This document shows, piece by piece, positions 7,955 through 17,632 of a stretch of 64,000 nt of DNA. Every line of letters starts with the position of its first letter. Position 1 is the first letter of the stretch. A program made the position numbers and the translations under genes. The stretch covers positions 1-64,000 of the IMG/VR virus record IMGVR_UViG_3300021963_004241; one strand, written 5' to 3'. Under the pieces are notes generated by a model. That model was not told the origin of the DNA. It did not search any database and worked only from the letters and a program-made list of their open reading frames with translations. This DNA is from a virus.

Positions 7955-9488
7955 TCTGAGCCTCCTGTTCTAAAAATTCATGTTCTAGTTCTTCTAAAAC
8001 ATTTTCATCTAGTACCGGCATAGCAGATACTTGACTTACACTTTTATCTAAAACAATTTCATCACTTTCGAACAAGTTGCTGAATGTATTGTTAGCATTG
8101 CCTCCACGCAGACGCATACCCATCATGCTATTAAGCATAGGTTTTGCATCGTCAATCATTTGCATAGGAGTCTCACTAGTAAATAATTCTTCTACAAACT
8201 CGTTAAAGTAAAGAATATTACGTGGAACCCATTCACTTAGTTCGTCACTCTTATCTGAATCTTTAACTTTTCTCCAATGGCGCCAATCCGGACCAAATTT
8301 AGCAGTTTCAATGTCCATTAAGTTATTAGCTCTTTGCACAGCAACAATATGGCAGTATGTGTTATGCGCCATCATTAGAGCATAACCGAAGCTATCCCAA
8401 CTTGTTTTTCCTTCTTTGCCAATCTTGTTTAACATTCCTGGCTTGTACCAGCAGATGTCACCGATTGAAAGTCTGCGTCCGATTTCTGATTCGAACGGGA
8501 AGGGGACATGAAAAGCCTGGCTAATTGCTTTGTTGTCTGGGGCCTTATCCATGATAACGGACCAGCGTTTGTTTGTGTGCTGGGCGTTTGTGTAGACGAG
8601 ACCGTGGGCTGTTGCAATGAAGGGTGATGCGCAGTCAAAAGAAATGGTAAAGTTTTCATTTATATGTTTACGTACCTGTCGTTGAATAGAAGTTAGATAG
8701 CAAGACCAGTCTAATTGGGCAGTACCCAAGAAGTGCATCCAGTTCCTGTCATCTAACAGTTTCTCATCTCTTAAGATGATGAGCCTGCGTAGTGCGACTT
8801 CCATGTCACACATATTCTTTCCACCCATTGCCCAACCTTCTGTAGGCAAGTGCTTAACAGCATTGTACCAGGTCTGTGCTGTATCCCAGTCACTTCCTTG
8901 TAATACATTTAAAAATTTAGTTTGACCTAAGCGATTACGTATAAAGTAATCGTTATTATGCAAAGTTTTATCTAAACAATCTTGAAAACTCTTAAGACCA
9001 GTCTTTGGACTATGGATATGATCGCAAGCCCAGGTTGGCACGTCTAGTAACATTGACCAGTCAGCAGTTAATTCTAACCAGTTAAGGATTTTGTCTCGAG
9101 TAGCATTTGCACTAGGACCTTCAAAGTTTAACCAATCAAATTTAAGAACACCCTTACCAATTTGATACCCGCCCGAGTCTCCGACAATGACTGTGTTGGC
9201 TCGATCTCGATCTTGGATCATTGCATCCATTGTCATTGTTTTTTCGAGATCTAGTTGTGCGTGACCTGCTGAATACAGACCGTATTTGTATGTAAAATAT
9301 CCTTGTTCTGGATTAAGGAAATTCATTCCTTCGATACCGCGATCAAATCCTGCCGGGATACGATCATCGGGAACAAACTTTTCAAATCTTTGTTTACTAA
9401 CATAAGTTGAAAAGAAGCAACTAATTGCTGGTAGATATACAGCATAGTCCTTTTGTAATGGTGATAAATTAACTGGTGGTTTTGTCAT
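7947..9488 (-). CDS. TGT/DpdA-like guanine transglycosylase
   Basis: DSGGYQI, MLLDVP, NVLQG, HFLG and SFDCASP match the TGT catalytic motifs. Located in the queE/folE/queD cluster. Confidence 0.8.
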   Translation of the reverse strand: MTKPPVNLSPLQKDYAVYLPAISCFFSTYVSKQRFEKFVPDDRIPAGFDRGIEGMNFLNPEQGYFTYKYGLYSAGHAQLDLEKTMTMDAMIQDRDRANTVIVGDSGGYQIGKGVLKFDWLNFEGPSANATRDKILNWLELTADWSMLLDVPTWACDHIHSPKTGLKSFQDCLDKTLHNNDYFIRNRLGQTKFLNVLQGSDWDTAQTWYNAVKHLPTEGWAMGGKNMCDMEVALRRLIILRDEKLLDDRNWMHFLGTAQLDWSCYLTSIQRQVRKHINENFTISFDCASPFIATAHGLVYTNAQHTNKRWSVIMDKAPDNKAISQAFHVPFPFESEIGRRLSIGDICWYKPGMLNKIGKEGKTSWDSFGYALMMAHNTYCHIVAVQRANNLMDIETAKFGPDWRHWRKVKDSDKSDELSEWVPRNILYFNEFVEELFTSETPMQMIDDAKPMLNSMMGMRLRGGNANNTFSNLFESDEIVLDKSVSQVSAMPVLDENVLEELEHEFLEQEAQNV

Positions 9489-9837
9489 TTTCTCTCGCTA
9501 GTATTGCTGTAAGTTCTAATCTTGTTCTTGCCTGTTCTAGTTGTTCTAATGCTATATGAACTGCTTCGTTATTTGTAGCCAACTTATACCATTCTTCTTC
9601 TTGTTTCATACGTTTAATGGCCCAAGAAATAGCCTGTTCTGCATCGCTATTTAGGCCAACATTGGCTGAATTGGCATAAATTTTTGTCCAAGTGTTACCA
9701 TCAAATACTTCCATGTCGGAACCGTTTATTCGTAACATTCCTTGTGAAGGATTGTTGCTGTTATAAGATATGTATGGCAGGGAACTTCCCCCTGCGGCAT
9801 ATACATGTTGGCTAGAGCTATTAATGTTATTGATCAT
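9469..9837 (-). CDS. Hypothetical protein
   Basis: ORF in the operon. Confidence 0.6.
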   Translation of the reverse strand: MINNINSSSQHVYAAGGSSLPYISYNSNNPSQGMLRINGSDMEVFDGNTWTKIYANSANVGLNSDAEQAISWAIKRMKQEEEWYKLATNNEAVHIALEQLEQARTRLELTAILARENDKTTS

Positions 9838-10568
9838 GTGTTTGCTGGAATAATGTATTTGTAATTGGCCATTCCGCTGTCGATAGTAATCTGCAGAGCG
9901 CCTTCATTAGAAATACTTAATTCTAGTTCTTTACCTGCGGCTGCTTTGAAAATACTAGCGATTGCTAATACAGGCCAAGTCCAACCACGATCTAATTTAC
10001 CACTAATACCAGTTTCAAATACAAATTCTCCGCCGTGTGTGCTAACGTCACCGAAGATAAACTTTAAGTTGCCGTTATCAGTCTTGGCCAAGAACGATGG
10101 ATGTTCACTATTTGCACCGACTTGCATATGAAATCTCTGTAACGCTGCCACCGAAGGCTTAACAGTTACATCCCATTTAACACCACGGAATTTAACAGTT
10201 TTCATTTTTTCATTAATAACTTCAGTGTTCATAAAACGATAATCGTTCTTGAAGTCGCCTGCTTTATTTTCGAAATGCAATCCTGTTGGAACAGTTTCAC
10301 CATTACGTTCTGCTGTAATAATACTAATCTGAGCACCGTCTTTATATTCAGGGCACTCTAAGTTATATTTGAGTTTAGACATTTGACTCATTCCAAACAC
10401 GCCGACCATGTCGGGATGTGCTGCTGTAGTCTCTGCCTCCATAATAACCGAACGATTTTCGGCCATTGCGTTAAGTGTGGTCTTCTCTTCTGTTCCGGTA
10501 ATTTTGACCATGTCTAATAGTCCGGTATCGTGTGTATGTGCTACGATATCTTTTAAGATGTCTTTCAT
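9834..10568 (-). CDS. Putative sliding clamp (gp45/PCNA-like)
   Basis: 244 aa, beta-rich two-domain size, directly downstream of the polymerase. A clamp loader is present at 32.9 kb. Confidence 0.5.
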   Translation of the reverse strand: MKDILKDIVAHTHDTGLLDMVKITGTEEKTTLNAMAENRSVIMEAETTAAHPDMVGVFGMSQMSKLKYNLECPEYKDGAQISIITAERNGETVPTGLHFENKAGDFKNDYRFMNTEVINEKMKTVKFRGVKWDVTVKPSVAALQRFHMQVGANSEHPSFLAKTDNGNLKFIFGDVSTHGGEFVFETGISGKLDRGWTWPVLAIASIFKAAAGKELELSISNEGALQITIDSGMANYKYIIPANT

Positions 10569-10625
10569 TAGGATTCTCCAGTAATAATGTGATTATATTT
10601 AGATCGTTGTAAAAAAACAATGATA

Positions 10626-13298
10626 TTATTCACCAAAATCAAACAATTTGTTAAATGTGTTATCGTTTCGAGTAGAACTAATATCCCATTCTAGTACGCC
10701 GATCAAGTTTGATAACTTTTCATCGATGACGGTAGTTTCCATTTCTCCATCATCAAATGGAAGTTCTTTAAACCAACGAGGCAATCTTAGCTCGTCGACC
10801 GGATAAGCGACGGAGGTATACCCCATTGGATTATCCTTGAGTTTGCAAACAATAACTTTGGCTCCGTCAGTAATGCCCATTGAGTATTTGTCATCGAACA
10901 TACGTTTGAGTGTATTCCAATTAATGCTTGCACGAACGTGACCAGGCATATTTGCCTTGCCTTGTTTCTTTTCTTTAGACTGATATTCTGTAATGTTGTT
11001 AGCTCGTTTGGGTGAACCTTTCTCCCAACCTGGCCTTAGTTTGAATTCTTGTCTAAATTCTGCTATGTATTCGAGGATCTCATCTCGTTCAACCCCGTTA
11101 AGTACTTTGGTTAATACTTCGCTCAAGAAGTCCTGTATAACCACAGGAGTATCTGATCTCTTAAGATCCAACCCCATAGCTTTGATTTTTCCCGGCTTGC
11201 CATCAACATCCGATCGTTTGCCTTCTTTATCGTAATAAAGAACAGCGTAACGTTTCTTAGTAATAAACAAACCTTTTGACGCAACAATTTCACGACCTGC
11301 CTTAATGACTTCGCCGCGAGTTTTAGGACAATGGAATGCGTCTTGCATAAACTTAATGAACGTATCGTTTACTTCTGATCCGATTTGATCATAAAGCTGT
11401 ACAACAGTTTCTTTAGTCCAGGGTAGTTTTCCTGATTCAATATCTTTCTTTAATATAGGATATGCTGAGAAGTAACAACTATCTGTATCACCGTAAATGA
11501 TTGCCTTACCAACGTGATTGAACTCGCCAGTAATGAATTCATTTACTTTACCAGCCATATGTTTAGCAATAGCTCTTCCGGTAAGGGTGGTGGATTGTCC
11601 AATACGATTATCAAAGAACCTACAACCAGGGTTAAGAATAGCACCGTATAGACTGTTAAGGTTAATCTTCTTAACCAATTGTCGCTTATCCCAATATTCT
11701 TCTTCAATGGGGTTTTCTGCATCTTTAGCTGCCTTTAATTTTGCCTGCATTTCTTTACGTTCGGCATACCAACGTTTTAATAATCCGGGTACAACCCCTT
11801 CATTCTCATAACTGAATATAGTTCCGTTGGCACTTAATGTCCAAGGTTGATTACTATCAAAGATTAAGTCGTATATTTGAGCTGCGCTCAACGAATCGCT
11901 ACCGCCATTTTCCCAATCGATAGTAATTTCTCTACCAATTTCTTTATTCATTACAGCACTATATTCTAAACTACCAAATAATCCTTCCCAGGCAGCGGCA
12001 AATGATTTCCCTTTAGCCATTTCGCCTTCGATATATGACTTGGTAGCTTCTGGACGTAGTTGGCCTACGATCGTTTCTGGCCCCATGTTCAATGCACGAA
12101 TCGCACTAGGATACAGTGAGTTAATATCTAGTGAGCCAATCCATTCGTGGATACCTTTTTTAGGATAAGCTACATATGCACCTGCGGCCTGTGTAGATTC
12201 TCCGTCATCACGTTTTGGACGATTAGGAACAATCATTCCTCTACGATGTGCTTCATTGATAATAGCTTGTTCAGTAACAGCCACGGCACCCATAGTAGTC
12301 TGTAGCAATACTGTATTTTCGTGTGCTAGTTTGTTAGCTAGATCTAAGAATTTTAATTTATCATCTAGTTTAGCCAACAGCATTGTATCTTGTCTGTTGT
12401 ATTCTATAAATCTACGAAAATCTTCATTATATAACTGATCCAACGTGCCTTCAAACTGTGTCTTACGCTCACCTAGTTCATACTCTGCAATGGCATCTAG
12501 TCGATATGTGTGACGTTCTTCATATGTGTACTTTCGATATAGTTCCAACGAGTCCAAGTGTACACGGCCAATGAAGTCAAAAGTAACAGCCTGCCTACCA
12601 AATTTTTCAAATTCTCTCTTTTTCGGAAATTGATCCCATAGGCAAAATCTACGTGTGTCCTCTTTTGATAACACTTTAGTAACTCGATTAACAGTATATG
12701 GAATATCAAAGCCTTCTGAGTTCCAACCACTTATTACATCTACATCTTCTATAAGATTTAAAAATGTATCTAACAGATCTGCTTCAGTTTCGAATAGATA
12801 TGTATTAGCAAAACCTTTAACAGATTCTTGCGCCTGCACCATCGAAATAGACTTTGGCGGAATTGCTAATGTAATAAGACTATCCAGCCATTGCAAATAC
12901 AGTGTAATAGCAGTGATTGGCATAAATGGATCATCTGGTGATGCATATCCCCTCTCTGGATCAAAGTCTACTTCAATGTCAAAGAAGCAAACATTTAATT
13001 TGGGTTCTTCTGAATTTAGATAGTTCTCTTCGAGGCATCTAAAAATAGGATTGACATCGGATTCGAATAGCTTTCTGCCATCGTGTGTTCGTAATTCTTT
13101 ATGGAAGTCTTTTAGATTTTTACAAGTTACCCTTGATAGTGGGTCCCCGTAAATTGATTTGTATTTTCCTCTAGAATCTATGTAATAAAACAGATGTCTA
13201 GCAGGATGATCTTTGTATTGTCTTTGACCTTTACCATCTCTTTCTACAACATGGATGGTATCTTGATCGCGGTCATAGAACGCATCAACGTAACTCAT
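10626..13298 (-). CDS. Family B DNA polymerase
   Basis: Exonuclease DIEVD, GWNSEGFD, YNRQD; polymerase DINSLYPS, KINLNSLYG, YGDTDS, KKRY. Confidence 0.97.
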   Translation of the reverse strand: MSYVDAFYDRDQDTIHVVERDGKGQRQYKDHPARHLFYYIDSRGKYKSIYGDPLSRVTCKNLKDFHKELRTHDGRKLFESDVNPIFRCLEENYLNSEEPKLNVCFFDIEVDFDPERGYASPDDPFMPITAITLYLQWLDSLITLAIPPKSISMVQAQESVKGFANTYLFETEADLLDTFLNLIEDVDVISGWNSEGFDIPYTVNRVTKVLSKEDTRRFCLWDQFPKKREFEKFGRQAVTFDFIGRVHLDSLELYRKYTYEERHTYRLDAIAEYELGERKTQFEGTLDQLYNEDFRRFIEYNRQDTMLLAKLDDKLKFLDLANKLAHENTVLLQTTMGAVAVTEQAIINEAHRRGMIVPNRPKRDDGESTQAAGAYVAYPKKGIHEWIGSLDINSLYPSAIRALNMGPETIVGQLRPEATKSYIEGEMAKGKSFAAAWEGLFGSLEYSAVMNKEIGREITIDWENGGSDSLSAAQIYDLIFDSNQPWTLSANGTIFSYENEGVVPGLLKRWYAERKEMQAKLKAAKDAENPIEEEYWDKRQLVKKINLNSLYGAILNPGCRFFDNRIGQSTTLTGRAIAKHMAGKVNEFITGEFNHVGKAIIYGDTDSCYFSAYPILKKDIESGKLPWTKETVVQLYDQIGSEVNDTFIKFMQDAFHCPKTRGEVIKAGREIVASKGLFITKKRYAVLYYDKEGKRSDVDGKPGKIKAMGLDLKRSDTPVVIQDFLSEVLTKVLNGVERDEILEYIAEFRQEFKLRPGWEKGSPKRANNITEYQSKEKKQGKANMPGHVRASINWNTLKRMFDDKYSMGITDGAKVIVCKLKDNPMGYTSVAYPVDELRLPRWFKELPFDDGEMETTVIDEKLSNLIGVLEWDISSTRNDNTFNKLFDFGE

Positions 13299-13303
13299 TT
13301 ATT

Positions 13304-13376
13304 CTCCTATGCAATTTATGGCTTGCAAATACCTAACGTGCGGTTTGTGGCCACGCCTACCTTTACTCTTTATTTA
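13304..13376 (-). promoter_or_regulatory. Structured 5' leader of the polymerase gene
   Basis: TAAATA, then two small hairpins containing GCCAYAAA, then an AGGAG SD. Confidence 0.45.
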
Positions 13377-13667
13377 ACTAATTAGCATTCTCACCAGCCC
13401 AACACTATCAATGGTGGTGAGCAGGATATAGTTAGCCAGCATGCCAAAGGATTTACGAGTCCAAGCAGCCCAAGCATACATAGCACAACCAGTGATCCAA
13501 ACAGGATATAGAGCAAGGAGTGGAGGATTGGGAACCGTAAGCGCCATTGTGATGCTACATCCAATTGAGACAGCCCAAGCAAGCAGCTCAATAATAAAAC
13601 GTATACGGTTAGATGCCCAATCATCCTTTATCCACTCTATAGTTGGACGAAAAATATCATTTATCAT
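13374..13667 (-). CDS. Small membrane protein (about 3 TM segments)
   Basis: Hydrophobic segments. Confidence 0.7.
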   Translation of the reverse strand: MINDIFRPTIEWIKDDWASNRIRFIIELLAWAVSIGCSITMALTVPNPPLLALYPVWITGCAMYAWAAWTRKSFGMLANYILLTTIDSVGLVRMLIS

Positions 13668-13934
13668 TTATTCCTTTTCTGGAAGATTCTTTGTAACACC
13701 GAGAATCATTTCGATTTCATCCCACTCTTGTTCGTGTTCTTTCCAGTTATCTTTATGGGCAATTTTGATAGCTTTATTGATCCAGCTAGGTTTGATTTGA
13801 AGTTCTTCTGCAACTGCTTTAACAGTCTCTTTAAGACCTTCTTGTAGGTCTTCAACTTCTCTTAGTACGTTAGATCCTTCGTTAATAAGACGCTCTAGTT
13901 TGGCTTTTTCTTCTGGTCCGTACATTTTAGACAT
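13668..13934 (-). CDS. T4 DsbA/GapR-like dsDNA-binding protein
   Basis: Start MSKMYG with an AGGAG SD; EVEDLQEGLKETVKAVAEELQIKPSWINKAIKIAHK. Confidence 0.65.
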   Translation of the reverse strand: MSKMYGPEEKAKLERLINEGSNVLREVEDLQEGLKETVKAVAEELQIKPSWINKAIKIAHKDNWKEHEQEWDEIEMILGVTKNLPEKE

Positions 13935-13958
13935 ATAATAATTCTCCTTATAGAGGTT

Positions 13959-13987
13959 ATTATATAGCAAATAAAAAAGCCAGTCAA
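13959..13987 (-). promoter_or_regulatory. Sigma70 promoter
   Basis: TTGACT-17nt-TATAAT. Confidence 0.8.
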
Positions 13988-14003
13988 CTAAGGACTGGCT
14001 TTT
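13974..14003 (-). terminator. Intrinsic terminator
   Basis: AAAAGCCAGTC-7nt-GACTGGCTTTTTT. Confidence 0.85.
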
Positions 14004-14021
14004 GTTTACCAAATGTAATAA

Positions 14022-14906
14022 TTACTTTTGATTTTCTGATAGTACATCATACAATTGGAATTCTCCGCCGTATGACTCATATACTCTAGCTGCATATGCA
14101 TCTGCACGGATACCAGAACCAACTTTATTTGATGCTACTCGTTGTGCCCAATTCCAAAGTGCTGAGTCAACTGGATCGATCTGTTGCTGGCCGCCACTTT
14201 CTTTTACAATCTTTAGGCATTCGACAAAAGATAGTTTTGGTTGAACTGACTCAGCAACAACTCTCTTAGGAGTTTTTACAGATTCAGTTTTCTTACCACC
14301 GGCTTTTTTCTTCTTGCCGCCCATTTCGTCTTTGCCTAAACGACCTGCGATAACATCACCGCGTGTGACCTTATCATATGGCTTGGCATTATTGGCTAAG
14401 TTACCGTCGCCTTTACCTTCTTCCATTTTTTCGTCTTTCTTCTTAGCCATTGTTTTCTTATCTTCTTTCTTTTTAGCTTCGACCATTGCATTAAACTTTT
14501 GTTTGAATTCAGAACTTTCTTCGTCTTCAATTAATGCATCTACATCTACTTCTGTGCTTTCTGCTTTCTTCTTAGCGATCTTAGTTGCAGTAGCATACAT
14601 TACTGATTTGCCTTTGTCACCATAACGCTTTTCAAAGCCTTCTTTGTCTTTCTTCATGCTCTTAACAACTTCTTCCTTTTTCTTCTTTTCGGGAGTTGTT
14701 AATTTTTTCTCAACGACGGGTTGTCTGTCACTAATTCTGCGTCCTTCTTCAAGGACGTTAGACACACCAGCTAACACTCTCATTTGAGCGTCTTCGCTAA
14801 GTGCTACACGTTGTACAGGTTTTGCCTCTGTGGCTTTACCTTGCGGATTGAACACATTTGTTGGTTCAATTTCTTTAAGTTTCGATACTAGTTTGTGAAA
14901 GTCCAT
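14022..14906 (-). CDS. Putative internal head/core protein, Lys/Glu-rich and modular
   Basis: Highly charged, with a QMRVLAGV motif and many hydrophobic-x-E sites. Confidence 0.55.
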   Translation of the reverse strand: MDFHKLVSKLKEIEPTNVFNPQGKATEAKPVQRVALSEDAQMRVLAGVSNVLEEGRRISDRQPVVEKKLTTPEKKKKEEVVKSMKKDKEGFEKRYGDKGKSVMYATATKIAKKKAESTEVDVDALIEDEESSEFKQKFNAMVEAKKKEDKKTMAKKKDEKMEEGKGDGNLANNAKPYDKVTRGDVIAGRLGKDEMGGKKKKAGGKKTESVKTPKRVVAESVQPKLSFVECLKIVKESGGQQQIDPVDSALWNWAQRVASNKVGSGIRADAYAARVYESYGGEFQLYDVLSENQK

Positions 14907-14918
14907 TGGCTTCTCCGT

Positions 14919-15287
14919 TTATTTCTTTCTACCTGCACAGTGCGCACGTTGGCTAAATCCTTTAGGATTGTTGCAGTTAATTGATTTTTTATACTTCTCG
15001 CTCCATTTTTCTTGTAGCTGAGTTTGTACTTTTTCTAATCTTGCTTCCTCAAAGCTTCTTGGTCCGCGATTGATCGCTTCACCTTTGGCTTTTTCATATT
15101 CTGTATACTGCACGACATTATTCAAATGATCGGCAGCAATAGTAATCTTTTCTTGTACCCAACCCATTAATTCTTCATTCTCGTCGATCATTTTCAAAAG
15201 TTTCACAGCATTTTTAGCGATGCTTAAAAGATCGCTTTTTGCCATTCTTCCTTCATGATCGTCTTTATGTTGAATTTCGAGGTCCAT
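14919..15287 (-). CDS. Putative internal head protein
   Basis: DHEGRMAKSDL module, then LQE followed by the basic Cys-containing peptide KWSEKYKKSINC...HCAGRKK. Confidence 0.55.
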   Translation of the reverse strand: MDLEIQHKDDHEGRMAKSDLLSIAKNAVKLLKMIDENEELMGWVQEKITIAADHLNNVVQYTEYEKAKGEAINRGPRSFEEARLEKVQTQLQEKWSEKYKKSINCNNPKGFSQRAHCAGRKK

Positions 15288-15294
15288 ATCGTAT

Positions 15295-15558
15295 TTATCT
15301 CTTGACAGCGGCGCCTTGACCGAACAAACTAGTGCCTTGATCTAGTGCGTTTTTAGCTGTGCCGTCTTTGTTTTTAGGTTGTACAACTTTAGGCTGCGGA
15401 GGTGCTTTGGTTCCCGACTTACCACCCCAAGGACTACCGATATAGCTCTTTTTACCACGTGCTTTCCCGGGGCTGATATGCGGGTTCGGGACAGTTGCAA
15501 TATTGCCCGAACTTGTGCTTCCTGCGGTAGCTGATTCAACGATATCTTTAATTCTCAT
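15295..15558 (-). CDS. Putative internal head protein (MRIKDIVE tag)
   Basis: N-terminal tag followed by a basic, disordered body. Confidence 0.55.
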   Translation of the reverse strand: MRIKDIVESATAGSTSSGNIATVPNPHISPGKARGKKSYIGSPWGGKSGTKAPPQPKVVQPKNKDGTAKNALDQGTSLFGQGAAVKR

Positions 15559-15564
15559 AGTTTA

Positions 15565-16353
15565 TTATTTACCGTATTTTGAAAGATACTGGTAAAGTCC
15601 TTTTTTGACTCTGTTCCAGGCTGTTTCTTTGCTGTATTTTAAGAATCGCCCATAATATTCTATAGCTGCGTACAGAGCATTTAAGTTAGGTACTTGTACA
15701 ATCTTTCCGCCTATTGTTGCATAATCTTGGCGCTGTGCTTGTCTAAGAATATTGTCTAGATTTCCTAGACTATCCTTTCCAAATTTATTATAGATGTCGT
15801 TAGCAATTTGGCTAATCCAAGCATCTTTTTCCATGTTATCTAATGTGTAAAGATAATATTGATCTCTTTTAGTTAGCGCCTTAGGTGGAGTCTTTTTCCA
15901 AACACTAGTTTCTAGATCAAATACATCCTGATCATTTTTTGATTTTTTTATCTGTTGTGTGCGCTGACTAGCATGATTGAGCTCGTGAATTAATAGGGAA
16001 CTTAATCTGTCTATAAAGTTATTTGAAGTTTTTTCATCTGTAGGTGCGTGTGCTACATTAACTTCTACTGTGATTAAGTGTTTAATGGGATCGCCTGATA
16101 TTTCGTGTTCTGCTTCTAATGCAGAATATTGACTGTCCGGTCTATCTAACAATTTAGGTTTAATTGTTAGAGGTCTGCTGAGTGTAGCTTCTCTCCATTT
16201 AGTTAATTCTTCGCTCTTATTAAGATTTTTAAAAAACTTACCGTACCAATCTAGATCATTATTATACGAACCTATATTGGAAACAGCCTTAGCTATCCAG
16301 GGTCTTACCCAGGATGTTTCCATGCGTTCGATAATAAATTCACCGGCTCTCAT
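15565..16353 (-). CDS. Zincin-like metallopeptidase with MRAGEFIIE tag
   Basis: IHELNH...MEKDA. Confidence 0.6.
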   Translation of the reverse strand: MRAGEFIIERMETSWVRPWIAKAVSNIGSYNNDLDWYGKFFKNLNKSEELTKWREATLSRPLTIKPKLLDRPDSQYSALEAEHEISGDPIKHLITVEVNVAHAPTDEKTSNNFIDRLSSLLIHELNHASQRTQQIKKSKNDQDVFDLETSVWKKTPPKALTKRDQYYLYTLDNMEKDAWISQIANDIYNKFGKDSLGNLDNILRQAQRQDYATIGGKIVQVPNLNALYAAIEYYGRFLKYSKETAWNRVKKGLYQYLSKYGK

Positions 16354-17264
16354 TTACTACGACCGCCTTTCATGTTGGCACACCAGTGATACATTTTAGC
16401 TTTTTCGCCTGAAGCGTTTTTTGCACGTTTACGTAGATCAGTCACAGAGCCCGAACAACTAGCACCTGCACGTTTTACTCGTCCTGGGCGACTTTTACCT
16501 TTTACTTTACCGTCTGCAAAATTCTCATTAGTCATTCCGAGGTTTGCCGATGACCAGGTTGTTCTTAAAATTTTACCTTGATATCTAATTTCAATATTGC
16601 ATCTTCCTAATTGATTTTTTTCACATATACCTATTATTAATTCAGATGCTTGATTTAACTGCGACTTAACATCGCCTTTAAATTTGCCTGTAAGATCAAG
16701 TTCTTTAAATTCGCCTTCTATTGATATACGTGCGATCATTCTATCTGGATCTGATTTATCCTGCGCTTGAGCAGCACTTCCTAATGCTGCTCCTGCAGCC
16801 GCAGCACCTCCGAATTTTAAGAAATCTCTTCTGCTTATAGCTTCATCAAATTCAACAGCCTGCATTTTTAAATACTGAGGATATTTTTTATTAAATGTCC
16901 TCATCATTTCTCCAGCTTTCTCGTGAGCTTCATTTTCTGTAGGACTTCCAGTTTTCCAACTGTTTTTGCCTAATCTACCTTCTAAGTCTTGTTTATAGTG
17001 AACTAGTTCGTGTGCTAATGTTCTAATGATATCGTTTGGATTTCGTTCTTCGATGTCTAACTCTATAGATTTGTATTCGTCACTATGATGATAGCAACCG
17101 AATGTTGGTTGATCGTGTTTGCTGACTACATCCTTTGAAAATTTTATTTCTGGAATACTAGGTAACTTGAGGAAAGATACGGCGAGTGGCATAAAATCTT
17201 CAATAGCATCTTCTAGAGTAAATTTATTTTCTGCATTTTCTATTATGAATTCTTTTGCTCTCAT
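16350..17264 (-). CDS. Modular protein: MRAKEFIIE tag, HExxH peptidase domain, internal Tat-like signal, basic C-terminal peptide
   Basis: AHELVH...ENEA; SRRDFLK; NFADGKVKGKSRPGRVKRAG. Confidence 0.65.
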   Translation of the reverse strand: MRAKEFIIENAENKFTLEDAIEDFMPLAVSFLKLPSIPEIKFSKDVVSKHDQPTFGCYHHSDEYKSIELDIEERNPNDIIRTLAHELVHYKQDLEGRLGKNSWKTGSPTENEAHEKAGEMMRTFNKKYPQYLKMQAVEFDEAISRRDFLKFGGAAAAGAALGSAAQAQDKSDPDRMIARISIEGEFKELDLTGKFKGDVKSQLNQASELIIGICEKNQLGRCNIEIRYQGKILRTTWSSANLGMTNENFADGKVKGKSRPGRVKRAGASCSGSVTDLRKRAKNASGEKAKMYHWCANMKGGRSK

Positions 17265-17267
17265 GGC

Positions 17268-17546
17268 TTAGTTGTCCTTATCTATTTCTAGATAGCCGTC
17301 TCTTATGTCTTGTAGTCCGTCTTTTAAGATAGCCCAAAAATAGTCACCGCCCGAATAACGTTGACTATAGTATTCATACATATATTCGAAGCCTGGATAA
17401 TCGTCAAATGTTCTAGTGATATTACTATCACCGTCCATGTTATCGATGTATGAAAGAAGTTCGTCGGCATCGTCAGCAGATAGCCCCCAATTATTATCTT
17501 TGGTAAACTCTTCTTCTTCCTCTATGACGAATTCTTTAGCTCTCAT
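17268..17546 (-). CDS. Acidic protein with MRAKEFVIE tag
   Basis: ORF track. Confidence 0.6.
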   Translation of the reverse strand: MRAKEFVIEEEEEFTKDNNWGLSADDADELLSYIDNMDGDSNITRTFDDYPGFEYMYEYYSQRYSGGDYFWAILKDGLQDIRDGYLEIDKDN

Positions 17547-17632
17547 TAATGTTGTCCGTAAGGGTTCAAAGGACGATCTTCTTCGTCTTGCTGTTCTGGA
17601 TAAACAGGATATTGATCTTTATTTTCGTTCAT
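17546..17632 (-). CDS. 28-aa micro-protein [28 protein letters not shown]
   Basis: Exactly fills the gap, with ATGA and TAATG overlaps on both sides. Confidence 0.6.
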   Translation of the reverse strand: MNENKDQYPVYPEQQDEEDRPLNPYGQH

